Below are positions 1-8,373 of a DNA stretch of 64,000 nucleotides, one piece after another. Each line of letters starts with the position of its first letter. Positions within the stretch are counted from its first letter, which is position 1. Location: NCBI GenBank assembly GCA_037445875.1, contig JBBIJR010000001.1, positions 4,429-68,428 on the forward strand. The letters are read 5' to 3'. This stretch comes from Bacteroidota bacterium. GTDB taxonomy: Bacteria; CLD3; SB21. A program made the translations under genes and the position numbers. The notes beneath the pieces were generated by a model that was given only the letters and a program-made list of their open reading frames with translations, was not told where the DNA came from and searched no databases.

Positions 1-1017
1 CTGATCAGGTTCCAGAAGCCATGCATTTTCACCGTGCCGGAGAATTTCGGCCGTGTCTTCCAACCGCGGCGCCAGTACGACCGCACCGGCAGCGAGGTAA
101 TCGAACGTCTTGATCGGAAGTACGGTCGTGCCGCCTTCTTCCAGAGGTTTCCGCGTCGGGGGTATCAACAAGGCATCGGCGGCGCACAGGTAGGGACAGA
201 TTTCCGTCGGAGCCATCCACGGCACCCACCGGCAATTCGAGGCCCCGACGCGGACGGCTTGACGCTCCAGCCGTACCCGGTCCTGCAGAGCCCGCACACC
301 CACGATGCAGAATTCATATTCCGGCAGGGCGGCCGCCAAATCAAGGATCGACTCCACGCCTTTCTGCGGACCGGTGTTCCCCGCATAGACGATCACCTTC
401 CGGTCGGCAGGCAGGTTCAACCGTCTGCGGTACTCCGCGGGAGATGCGTCGTCCGTCCGTGCCGGGTGGTCCATCCCGTTGTGTACGGTGACCGTCCGCT
501 CGGGATCCGCTCCCAGTGCCAGCCAGTACCGTCGTGCCATCTCCGAATGCACGACCAAACCCACAAATGCACGATGCCGCGCCTGCAAGGCCACAACCCT
601 TCGATGTTCGCGTTCACCGTGCCGGCAGCGATATGTTTCATACAGGACACGCAGCCCGCAGCGCAGCGCCATCCGAAGGTGGCGGGCGTTTCGGACGCAT
701 ATCAGGCCGCAATTCAGGCGGGCGATGCGCCGGATCGTGAGATGGCTGAACGCCGCCCGATGCATCCGCAGGGCCATCGGCAGCGGTGAGACGGAGGAGA
801 CCATCGAGAGCGCATCCGACAGGCCGTAGTACCTCCGGATGCGCTCTATACGCTGTTCACCCGTCAGCCGCAAGTCCTTCCACGGCGCAGGAACAACCAG
901 CCTTACGCCCGTCGTTCGCCGCGCCATCGCATCGGCCGTTTTGGCGATCTGCTTTGCGGCCACGATACGGGAGGGGAATTCGAGATCCGAGAAATATACG
1001 ATATTTATAGCCTCCAT
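1..1017 (-). CDS. Glycosyltransferase family 4 (GT1-fold); partial, C-terminus runs off the window start
   Basis: Hand translation of the minus strand from ATG at 1017-1015 is open for 339 codons to position 1. It is absent from the ORF track only because it is edge-truncated. The C-terminal part reads ...VIVYAGNTGPQKGVESILDLAAALPEYEFCIVG...EEGGTTVLPIKTFDYLAAGAVVLAP...ENAWLLEPDQ, typical of the GT4 donor-binding region. Plus-strand ORFs 34..789 and 479..829 overlap it and are judged spurious. Confidence 0.6.
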   Translation of the reverse strand, partial: MEAINIVYFSDLEFPSRIVAAKQIAKTADAMARRTTGVRLVVPAPWKDLRLTGEQRIERIRRYYGLSDALSMVSSVSPLPMALRMHRAAFSHLTIRRIARLNCGLICVRNARHLRMALRCGLRVLYETYRCRHGEREHRRVVALQARHRAFVGLVVHSEMARRYWLALGADPERTVTVHNGMDHPARTDDASPAEYRRRLNLPADRKVIVYAGNTGPQKGVESILDLAAALPEYEFCIVGVRALQDRVRLERQAVRVGASNCRWVPWMAPTEICPYLCAADALLIPPTRKPLEEGGTTVLPIKTFDYLAAGAVVLAPRLEDTAEILRHGENAWLLEPDQ

Positions 1018-1026
1018 AGTCGTACC

Positions 1027-2331
1027 TTATGCGGCCACTTCCGCCGCTGCATCGACGGTACGTCGTACGGTGCGTTGCCGGTCGAAACCCACTCCCTCCC
1101 GTGTGCGATTGAATTCGTACACGTATCGCAAACCGTAATACATGAAGTTCGACGGTACCCAGCACACGACGGCATAGTATCCCCACAGCGGGTCGCCGGC
1201 CAGCAGAAATAACAGGAACGTCCACATCGAGATGTTCCGATTGGACTGTACCAGACGGAACCATACGTCGATCTTCCGATAGTCCTGAATCGTCTCACCG
1301 TGCCGGCGCGTGAACAGCCACCGCACAAGACGGTCCAGAAAATACGTCGGCACGACCCAGTACACGGCAAGCCACGCGAGCGCGTAAAAATCGCCGCCGG
1401 AGAAATAGAACGCCATTGCGATGTAGTAGCCGTTGGGATAGATCACATCCGAGACGTGGTCCAACTTGTCTCCGAGAGCGCTTGTCCGAAGGGTTAGTCG
1501 CGCCAGTTTTCCGTCCACCCCGTCGGTCACGCCTTTGGTAAGTGCCAGCGCCAGGGCCGTGAAAAAATTTCCGCTGAAAAAGAACGGCACGGCGCTGAAC
1601 GCCAGCACGATATTGAACAACGTGACGTGATTGGGTTGGATTCGCGTCCGGCAGATCAGGCGCGTAAGGGCGAACTCGAGTGGCGGATGGATGAACTTGG
1701 CCACGAGATCGTTGGTCCCCTTGTGCACGGCGCCTTTAAGCAGCCGGTGGACTGCCTCCGCATCGTCGTCGTTGCTCACCGTCTTCCAATAGACCGGTTG
1801 ATACGACCGCAGCCGCCGGTAGTACGGCTCCATGTCCTCGACGGAGAATCGCGTTCCCCGCGCTTCCACCTGCCGAACGAGACCCGTGAGCGTTGTCGGT
1901 ACCTGTCGTTCGATCGCGCCGAGTGCCGCCGGAGTCAGCAGGGCCAACACCGGATGATCTCCCGCTCGGCTGCACGCGACGGTAGCCGTCTTCAGACCGC
2001 TGAACGCGTGCGTGAGGCGCTCATCGTAAAGTGCATCGCCTTGGAGGATCAGAGCATCCACTCCACGTTCACGCATGTGAGAGACCAGATGCCCGACCGC
2101 TCCCAATCGATCGGTCCACGGATGCACGTGCACGCCCGGGTAGCGTTTCCAGAAATCGCGACGGATCAGACGGTCCAGCCGCCGTCCGGAGCCGACGACC
2201 AGATGAATCTCGGTGAGACCTTCTTCGGCAACCTGCCGCATGACACGTTCGGCCAGCGTCATGCCCCAGACGATGCGCCAGGATTCGGGAGCGGTGGCGT
2301 CAATCCAGACGAACGGCTTCGACGGTGTCAT
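1027..2331 (-). CDS. CDP-alcohol phosphatidyltransferase fused to an N-terminal degenerate nucleotidyltransferase-like domain (IPCT/DIPPS-like architecture)
   Basis: The C-terminal half has the CDP-OH phosphatidyltransferase signature DGVDGKLARLTLRTSALGDKLDHVSD (D-G-x2-A-R-x8-G-x3-D-x3-D) and multiple TM helices. The N-terminal ~220 aa resemble a sugar-phosphate nucleotidyltransferase fold (GMTLAERVMRQVAEEGLTEIHLVVG) but lack the G-x-G-x-R loop. Start chosen at MTPSKP, immediately after the stop of the upstream gene; the ORF track start at 2409 would overlap that gene by ~80 nt. Confidence 0.7.
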   Translation of the reverse strand: MTPSKPFVWIDATAPESWRIVWGMTLAERVMRQVAEEGLTEIHLVVGSGRRLDRLIRRDFWKRYPGVHVHPWTDRLGAVGHLVSHMRERGVDALILQGDALYDERLTHAFSGLKTATVACSRAGDHPVLALLTPAALGAIERQVPTTLTGLVRQVEARGTRFSVEDMEPYYRRLRSYQPVYWKTVSNDDDAEAVHRLLKGAVHKGTNDLVAKFIHPPLEFALTRLICRTRIQPNHVTLFNIVLAFSAVPFFFSGNFFTALALALTKGVTDGVDGKLARLTLRTSALGDKLDHVSDVIYPNGYYIAMAFYFSGGDFYALAWLAVYWVVPTYFLDRLVRWLFTRRHGETIQDYRKIDVWFRLVQSNRNISMWTFLLFLLAGDPLWGYYAVVCWVPSNFMYYGLRYVYEFNRTREGVGFDRQRTVRRTVDAAAEVAA

Positions 2332-3071
2332 ACGGCCACCGCCGCCGGCTGCTTGCGCCATTTCCACAGCGCAACCTGCAGATCCTCCTGCGTGTCCACG
2401 TCCTGCCACGGAAGCCCGTCAATATCCGCATAGAACATGACGTCCTGCCGGATCAGTTCGCGCACACCGTCGGAAAGCGCAAAAGCCCCGTGCGATTGGG
2501 CACGCTGCAGTGCGCCGAGCAGATCGTCTGTTCGAAAAAGAAAGAGCCCGCAATCGATAGCATCGTATTGTTTGAGTTCTTTGCCTATCTCGGCGATGCG
2601 GTTTCCGGTTCCCGTCCGCACCTTGGTGGCATCGTCCAGGTCGGCAATGTTCCAGATACACCGATCCACGGCGAGGACATTGCCGCCGGGGCCGGGAGCG
2701 TTGATGAGAGAGGGAATCTGAGGAACAAACCAGTGGTCGGCCATGGACAGGAGGAAGTGCTCGGACCGGACGTGCCGCAGGGCAGCGAGGACGGAAGTCC
2801 CGTTTCCCTTCTCCCAGGCGGTATTGTGCACCGGATGTACATCGGCGCGGAAAGACATGCCGCGGATCGCAAGGCGGAGTGTTCCGGCTGCGTAACCGGT
2901 CACGAGATGCACCCTCGTGACGCCCGCCTCAGCCAGGCTTTCCACAATATGGCCGATCAGCGGTCTGTCGGCCAGCGGGATCAGACATTTGTGACTCGCC
3001 GAAACGGTATGAGCTATGCGCGAGCCGCGTCCTGCCGCTATGACTACGGCTTCCTGGGTCCGATGGTTCAT
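2328..3071 (-). CDS. Sugar/alcohol-phosphate nucleotidyltransferase (cytidylyltransferase-like, NTP_transferase family)
   Basis: AVVIAAGRGSRI glycine-rich NTP-binding loop and nucleotidyltransferase-fold body (LVTGYAAGTL...GNG...DCGLFLF). Start chosen at MNHRTQEAVVIAAG; alternative start at 3125. Confidence 0.7.
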   Translation of the reverse strand: MNHRTQEAVVIAAGRGSRIAHTVSASHKCLIPLADRPLIGHIVESLAEAGVTRVHLVTGYAAGTLRLAIRGMSFRADVHPVHNTAWEKGNGTSVLAALRHVRSEHFLLSMADHWFVPQIPSLINAPGPGGNVLAVDRCIWNIADLDDATKVRTGTGNRIAEIGKELKQYDAIDCGLFLFRTDDLLGALQRAQSHGAFALSDGVRELIRQDVMFYADIDGLPWQDVDTQEDLQVALWKWRKQPAAVAV

Positions 3072-3219
3072 GCACTTTCCTCCTGCTGAATGCTGGAGTA
3101 AAGTTAAGAACCGCACATTAAGCACGTATTAAGGCCACATTAGAGAACTCTAATGCGGAAACCGTTGCGCCCGGGAACTTTTAGCCGTACTTTAGGCCAA
3201 CGCGACGGGATGACTCGGT

Positions 3220-3894
3220 ATGCGACTGCTGCTGATCGAAGATGACCGTAAGGTGGCCTCCTTCATCGTCAAGGGCCTCACGGAGTCGGGATACGTTGTG
3301 GACCCGGTCCACGACGGGGTCAAAGGCCTCGAGGCCGCGGAAGCCGAGGTGTACGACCTGGTGATCATCGACTGGATGTTGCCGGGTATGAACGGCCTCG
3401 ACGTTTGCCGACGCATTCGGGCATTCGCCCCGCACCTTCCGATCCTGTTCCTGACGGCCCGCGAGTCCGTACCGGATCGCGTGTCGGGCCTCGAAGCGGG
3501 AGCCGACGATTATCTGTGCAAGCCGTTTGCGTTTCTAGAACTGCTCGCCCGGATACGCGCCCTGCTTCGGCGCGGTTCAAGAATGGCCGAGGAACTGCGG
3601 ACCGGCGATCTGCTTATGAACGTCCATGAACGGAAGGTCACGCGGGGCGGACGAATCGTCGATCTCTCCAACAAGGAATTTGCGGTCCTGGAATATCTGC
3701 TGAGGAACAAGAACCGGCTGGTCACGCGTGCGACACTGACCGAACACGTGTGGAACGTGGATTTTGACCGGGGGACCAATCTGATCGACGTATATATCAA
3801 CTACCTGCGGAAAAAACTCGACGACCGCAAAGACAGTCCGATGATCCGCACGGTTCGCGGTGGCGGATACATGCTGGTCGAGGAGAACGCGTGA
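3220..3894 (+). CDS. Two-component response regulator, OmpR/winged-helix family
   Basis: MRLLLIEDDRKVASFIVKGL...DLVIIDWMLPGMNGLDVC receiver domain with a C-terminal winged-helix trans_reg_C domain (TRATLTEHVWNVDFD...IRTVRGGGY). Divergent from the upstream headgroup operon; 4-nt overlap with the downstream kinase. Confidence 0.85.
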   Translation: MRLLLIEDDRKVASFIVKGLTESGYVVDPVHDGVKGLEAAEAEVYDLVIIDWMLPGMNGLDVCRRIRAFAPHLPILFLTARESVPDRVSGLEAGADDYLCKPFAFLELLARIRALLRRGSRMAEELRTGDLLMNVHERKVTRGGRIVDLSNKEFAVLEYLLRNKNRLVTRATLTEHVWNVDFDRGTNLIDVYINYLRKKLDDRKDSPMIRTVRGGGYMLVEENA

Positions 3895-5300
3895 GCCTGC
3901 GGTACCGAACGCGCCTGATGCTCGCCTTCGTACTGCTGGGCCTCTTCATTGCGGTGTCGAGCTTTCTTGTGTATTACACGGTTTTCCGCGCCCAGCTCAC
4001 TCGTGCGCTGAGCAAGGAACTGCTCATCGAGGCGGAGGATTTTGCGGAGGACGTTGTCGTACGGGGAGACACGCTGGCGCTGCGGGCGGGCATCGAGTGG
4101 AATCACATCACGCATACGCACGTTTCCGACTACGCGCGGTTCGTGGAGATCGTGGACGGGCGATTTCGTACGATGCGCAAGACGGCCAACCTCGGATCGC
4201 GATCGCTGACCGATTTCTACGCTTTCGGACCGACGGCCGTGCCGGTAACGGTTAAATTCAGGCTGGATACGATGCGTGTGCGCTGCGCGGTCCTGCCTAT
4301 TGTGTCGGGCCAGCGCGCAGCGGGTTACGTTCTCGCCGCCGGCAGCACGCTACCCACTCGGCAGTACCTGCAGTTGTTCGAAAGCATCATGATCGGGTCG
4401 TTCATCCTCACGGGATGCATGGGGCTCCTGCTCTCATACCTACTGGCCGCCCGTATTACCCGCCCGCTCAAGCAGATCCGGGCCGCCGCGAAGAAGATGG
4501 ACCTTCAGACCCTCGGCCGCATCGGACCGCTCAAGGGCGGTGTCGAGGTCGAGCGCCTCGCCGACACCCTCAACGGCCTCTTCGAGCGCATCGAACGGTC
4601 CTTTCAGCAGATCAACGACTTTTCCTCCAACGTCTCTCACGAACTCCGCACGCCGCTGACCATCCTTAGAGGCAACATCGAAGTCGCGCTGGCCCGCGAA
4701 CGAACGCCGGAGGAGTACGTCCGCGTGTTGTCCGACCTGCTCGACGAAACCATCCACATCATTCGTCTGGTGGACAACATGCTGCTGCTTGCGCGCGCCG
4801 ACTCTGCGCCGCTTCGCATCGAACGGTTGCCCGTTGAGCTGGGCGGCCTCTGCCGGGAATTTCAGCGGGACTGGGAAACGCTCTGCGCCATGCGCGGACA
4901 AACCTTCGAATACCTCGTTCACGCCCCGGTCCGCGTTTCCGTCGACAGAAACCTGATCTACCAGTTGCTGCTCAACCTGATCGCCAACGCGTCGAAGTAT
5001 TCACCTGAGGGAAAGCACGTCACCTTGAGCGTCGATCGCGTCGCGTACAACGGAAGTCCGGTGGGCGTCCTTACGGTGACCGACCGGGGGATCGGCATCC
5101 CTCCAGCGGACCAACCTCGCGTGTTCGAGCGGTTCTATCGCGTGAACAAGGACCGTTCGCGCGAAACGGGGGGGACGGGCCTCGGTCTTTCCATCTGCAA
5201 GATGATCGTCGAACTGCACGAAGGCACGATCGACCTGACGAGTCGACCGGGAGATGGAACGACCGTGACCGTTCGCATTCCGGCGTCCAACAAATCTTGA
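3891..5300 (+). CDS. Sensor histidine kinase (HAMP-HisKA-HATPase_c), CusS/BaeS-like
   Basis: N-terminal TM helix, periplasmic domain, second TM, H-box SHELRTPLT, and G-boxes DRGIGIP / GGTGLGLSI. Confidence 0.85.
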   Translation: MSLRYRTRLMLAFVLLGLFIAVSSFLVYYTVFRAQLTRALSKELLIEAEDFAEDVVVRGDTLALRAGIEWNHITHTHVSDYARFVEIVDGRFRTMRKTANLGSRSLTDFYAFGPTAVPVTVKFRLDTMRVRCAVLPIVSGQRAAGYVLAAGSTLPTRQYLQLFESIMIGSFILTGCMGLLLSYLLAARITRPLKQIRAAAKKMDLQTLGRIGPLKGGVEVERLADTLNGLFERIERSFQQINDFSSNVSHELRTPLTILRGNIEVALARERTPEEYVRVLSDLLDETIHIIRLVDNMLLLARADSAPLRIERLPVELGGLCREFQRDWETLCAMRGQTFEYLVHAPVRVSVDRNLIYQLLLNLIANASKYSPEGKHVTLSVDRVAYNGSPVGVLTVTDRGIGIPPADQPRVFERFYRVNKDRSRETGGTGLGLSICKMIVELHEGTIDLTSRPGDGTTVTVRIPASNKS

Positions 5301-5340
5301 CGCGTTGGGCCGAGTGTGGGTGGCCGACCGTGCGCTCGAA

Positions 5341-6360
5341 TCAGGGCACAGCGTGCTCCAGCCGATAGAGTTTCACGGTTTTGTCGTAGCTCGCGCTCGC
5401 CAGCCATCGGCCGTCCGGGCTGAACGCCACCGAATAAACGTCGTTCCGGTGGTCGGAGAGGGTCTGTATGAGGGCGCCGTCCTGTACGTGCCACAGACGG
5501 ACCGTTTCGCCATTGTCACCGAATTCCCCGAAGAAGTTTTCGACGATTTCGCCAAGCCACGATTTGTTTCTGCCGCCGCTCGCCAGCCATTGTCCGTCCG
5601 GGCTGAAGGCGACGGAATAGATACACTCGGAACCTCCCGACAACGTGGTTTCTTCTGAACCGTCGTTGACGCACCAGATTTTCACGGTCTTGTCGTCGCT
5701 TCCGCTCGCAATCCTTTTTCCATCCGGGCTGAACGCGATCGATACGATCGCTTCGGAATGTCCCTTCAATGTCCTTTCGAGTGAACCGTCGTTTACGCGC
5801 CAGAGTTTGATCGTCCGGTCGTAGCTGCCGCTGGCCAGTCGTCGTCCGTCGGGACTGAATCGGACCGACCAGACGGTGAGGCCGTGTCCGACAAGGGTGT
5901 GCATGACGGTACCGTTCCTTGCGCTCCAGACCTTCACCGTTTTGTCGTTGCTTCCGCTCGCTATCCACCGGCCGTCGGGACTGAACGTGACCGACCACAC
6001 GGTTTCCAGATGTCCCGTGAGCGACCGAACGACCTGGCCGTCGCTCACGCGCCATATAAGGACGGACCCGTCGTAACTGCCGCCGGCCGTATACCGGCCG
6101 TCCGGACTCACCGCCACCGAGGTCAGCCCATCCGTGTAGCGCAGAGTTCTCTGAAGGGTCCCGTCACGCACGCGCCATATCCTGACGCAGCTATCCACGC
6201 CGGCGCTGGCACACCATTCACCGTCCGGACTGAAGGCGACCGCCCACAAGGGACCGGTGTGACCGTACAGCGTCGCGTGCTGACGTGCAATCAACGGCGA
6301 CCCCTCTTGCGCAACGACCAGACCGCAAAAACTGAAAAGCAACATCAGAGGACGAACCAT
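5341..6360 (-). CDS. Secreted WD40-repeat beta-propeller protein
   Basis: Signal peptide MVRPLMLLFSFCGLVVAQ followed by at least seven WD40 repeats (GH...SVAFSPDG...ASGS.D.T.K.W). Start chosen at the signal-peptide Met; ORF track start is 6444. Confidence 0.75.
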   Translation of the reverse strand: MVRPLMLLFSFCGLVVAQEGSPLIARQHATLYGHTGPLWAVAFSPDGEWCASAGVDSCVRIWRVRDGTLQRTLRYTDGLTSVAVSPDGRYTAGGSYDGSVLIWRVSDGQVVRSLTGHLETVWSVTFSPDGRWIASGSNDKTVKVWSARNGTVMHTLVGHGLTVWSVRFSPDGRRLASGSYDRTIKLWRVNDGSLERTLKGHSEAIVSIAFSPDGKRIASGSDDKTVKIWCVNDGSEETTLSGGSECIYSVAFSPDGQWLASGGRNKSWLGEIVENFFGEFGDNGETVRLWHVQDGALIQTLSDHRNDVYSVAFSPDGRWLASASYDKTVKLYRLEHAVP

Positions 6361-6838
6361 TCGGACGTGGCCTCCCATTATTACTAAAGGCAGCGGGGAG
6401 GGTTTATTATTCGGTTCCAAGTGCCTGTTCCATTTCGAGACCATTAATATCTTGAGTCCGTAGAGCGTTGCTTACGATATCGGGGCGAGGAAGTTTCATC
6501 AGATGGACAGCGGCGATTTTTTCCGGTCCGGGGTGAAAAAAAACTTGCTCCGTTGGGCACCCGCGGTTATGTTACTATTGAGGCGCGAAATAGTTTACGC
6601 ATCGCTCCAGCATTTGCAAGAAATGACTCCTCGAGATGATCGGGAAATGATCAGCGACTTCGTTTTTTTGGTGGCCTTGGAAAAACCGCCGAAGAAGACC
6701 AGCCTTCGCGCCTTAGATATCAGCGGAGAACGTGGAACACTCTGGAATCCAACGACTGGACTTGAAACCTACGGAGCTGTCCACCAGTAAGCGAACTCTG
6801 GTTCCGGCGTTTTTTCCACAGCCTTGATTTTTCTTTTC

Positions 6839-6872
6839 GTTCTTTTCTTTGCATCAAGGCAAAGAAAAGAAC
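6839..6872. promoter_or_regulatory. Perfect 14-bp inverted repeat (gttcttttctttgc-N6-gcaaagaaaagaac) in a divergent promoter region
   Basis: Read directly: 6839-6852 is the exact reverse complement of 6859-6872. It lies in an unusually AT-rich ~500 bp intergenic region between the divergently oriented WD40 gene and the S9-hydrolase gene. Confidence 0.4.
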
Positions 6873-6953
6873 ATCTCGGGTTGTGAATCCATCGTCGATG
6901 GATAGGGCTGCTGCCAACAATTTCGTGCTCCCTCTAGTAATCCAGGGGAGTGT

Positions 6954-7961
6954 TTGACGAAAGGAAACGATTTGAAGAAGGTCCTGCTCGGACTCACGGC
7001 GGCCGGTGTGCTGAGCCTCGCCATCGGACTGGCTACGGACCGCTCCAAACCGGCCGAAGAGGCGACATCGGCCGGTGCCGTACCATTGTTCGACTCGATC
7101 TCCCTGCCCGCCCTCGCCAGCCTGGAGGGAAACGGCGGAGACCTCAAGCCCGGCCGGGTACTCGACCGCAACGAGGCCTATACCCGATATTACATCACCT
7201 ACCGCGGCGGGGAACTCACGATCAGCGGCATTATGAACGTGCCTACGGGTAAAGGTCCGTTTCCGGTTCTCATTCTCAACCACGGCTTCATTCCGCCCCG
7301 CATTTACACCAACGGCCGCGGCCTGAAGCGGGAGCAGGATTATTTGGCGCGAAAGAAGTTCGTCGTGATCCATCCCGACTATCGAAACCACGCCGACTCC
7401 GACAAAGACACGCTGAACGATCTGAAGTTTCGACTGGGATATACCGAGGACGTGCTCCATCTCGTGGATGCGGTCCGCGGTTCCGATCTGCCGTATTTCG
7501 ACAAGGAGCGCATCGGGATGATGGGCCATTCGATGGGCGGAGGCATTGCCATGAACATCATGGTCACGCGGCCGGATCTGGTCAAGGCGATCGTACTGTA
7601 TGCACCGGTGAGCGCCGATGCGGCCGACAATTTTTATCGCTGGACCGCCCGCAGCGAGGCCGGACGAAAGATCCTGGATCGGTATGGCAGCCCCGCGTCC
7701 GCCCCGGATTTTTGGAGGAACCTCTCGGCGATGTCGTTCCTCGACCGTACGACCGCACCGGTACTGATCCACCACGGTATGCGGGATGAGAGTTGTCCTC
7801 CGGAATGGTCGGTGCGCCTGACGGACAGCCTGCAGGCATACGGAAAGACCGTCACCCTGCACACGTACGACGGAGAAAAACACGAGCTAATCGACCGGTG
7901 GCCGCTGATGATGCAGCGGACGGCGGATTTCTTCAATCAGTACCTCCGCCCGAGGCCGTGA
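6954..7961 (+). CDS. Alpha/beta hydrolase, prolyl-oligopeptidase (S9) / dienelactone-hydrolase-like, secreted
   Basis: N-terminal signal/lipoprotein-like segment, GHSMGGG nucleophile elbow, and downstream D and H catalytic residues. TTG start preceded by aggggag. Confidence 0.7.
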   Translation: MTKGNDLKKVLLGLTAAGVLSLAIGLATDRSKPAEEATSAGAVPLFDSISLPALASLEGNGGDLKPGRVLDRNEAYTRYYITYRGGELTISGIMNVPTGKGPFPVLILNHGFIPPRIYTNGRGLKREQDYLARKKFVVIHPDYRNHADSDKDTLNDLKFRLGYTEDVLHLVDAVRGSDLPYFDKERIGMMGHSMGGGIAMNIMVTRPDLVKAIVLYAPVSADAADNFYRWTARSEAGRKILDRYGSPASAPDFWRNLSAMSFLDRTTAPVLIHHGMRDESCPPEWSVRLTDSLQAYGKTVTLHTYDGEKHELIDRWPLMMQRTADFFNQYLRPRP

Positions 7962-7965
7962 ACGT

Positions 7966-8118
7966 ATGAAGAGAGAAGCCTGTCTGTTCTGCGGAAGACA
8001 CGAGGGGTTCGTGTTCGTGCACGGACATTATCACTGTGTCCGCTGCAACAGCGTGCAGGTGCGCTGCTGCGGAGGCGAGACTGCGCAATCCATCCCCCGC
8101 GGATTGAAAAGCTTCTAA
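7966..8118 (+). CDS. Small cysteine-rich zinc-ribbon protein (50 aa), below the ORF-track size cutoff
   Basis: Hand translation MKREACLFCGRHEGFVFVHGHYHCVRCNSVQVRCCGGETAQSIPRGLKSF contains two CxxC pairs (C6/C9 and C24/C27). It sits tightly between the hydrolase and a small membrane-protein gene. Confidence 0.4.
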   Translation: MKREACLFCGRHEGFVFVHGHYHCVRCNSVQVRCCGGETAQSIPRGLKSF

Positions 8119-8127
8119 AGGAGATCG

Positions 8128-8346
8128 ATGAACATGGAGAAGTTCGTGCGTCGGCTGCTGCCGCAACTGATCGGTTTCGGGTTAATGGTGGTCGGCTGGT
8201 ACATCAGCATCATCAACGTGGGCCTGGACAAGTTCATGGGTGCGACGATCGTCACGAGGTGGACACTGGCCGGGCTTGCCTCGATCCTTCTCGGCGCCTA
8301 CCTGCCGCAGATCTGGATCTGGGTATTGAACCGGATGGGGAAATAG
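8128..8346 (+). CDS. Small two-TM membrane protein
   Basis: 72 aa with two hydrophobic helices (LIGFGLMVVGWYISIINV and LAGLASILLGAYLPQIWIWVL). Confidence 0.4.
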   Translation: MNMEKFVRRLLPQLIGFGLMVVGWYISIINVGLDKFMGATIVTRWTLAGLASILLGAYLPQIWIWVLNRMGK

Positions 8347-8373
8347 CTCCGCAACCATCCTTACCTCCCCCGT

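Noticed and set aside
34-1264. Plus-strand ORFs 34..789, 479..829, 839..1138 and minus ORF 857..1264, all overlapping the 1..1017 region
   Set aside because: The minus-strand frame starting at ATG 1017 is open across the whole region and has clear GT4 glycosyltransferase motifs. The listed ORFs have Arg/Pro/Ala-rich, low-complexity translations typical of out-of-frame reading in high-GC DNA.
6503-6790. 95-aa ORF in the low-GC divergent intergenic region
   Set aside because: Its composition differs from all confident genes in the window and it has no motifs. The region is more likely regulatory or ncRNA.
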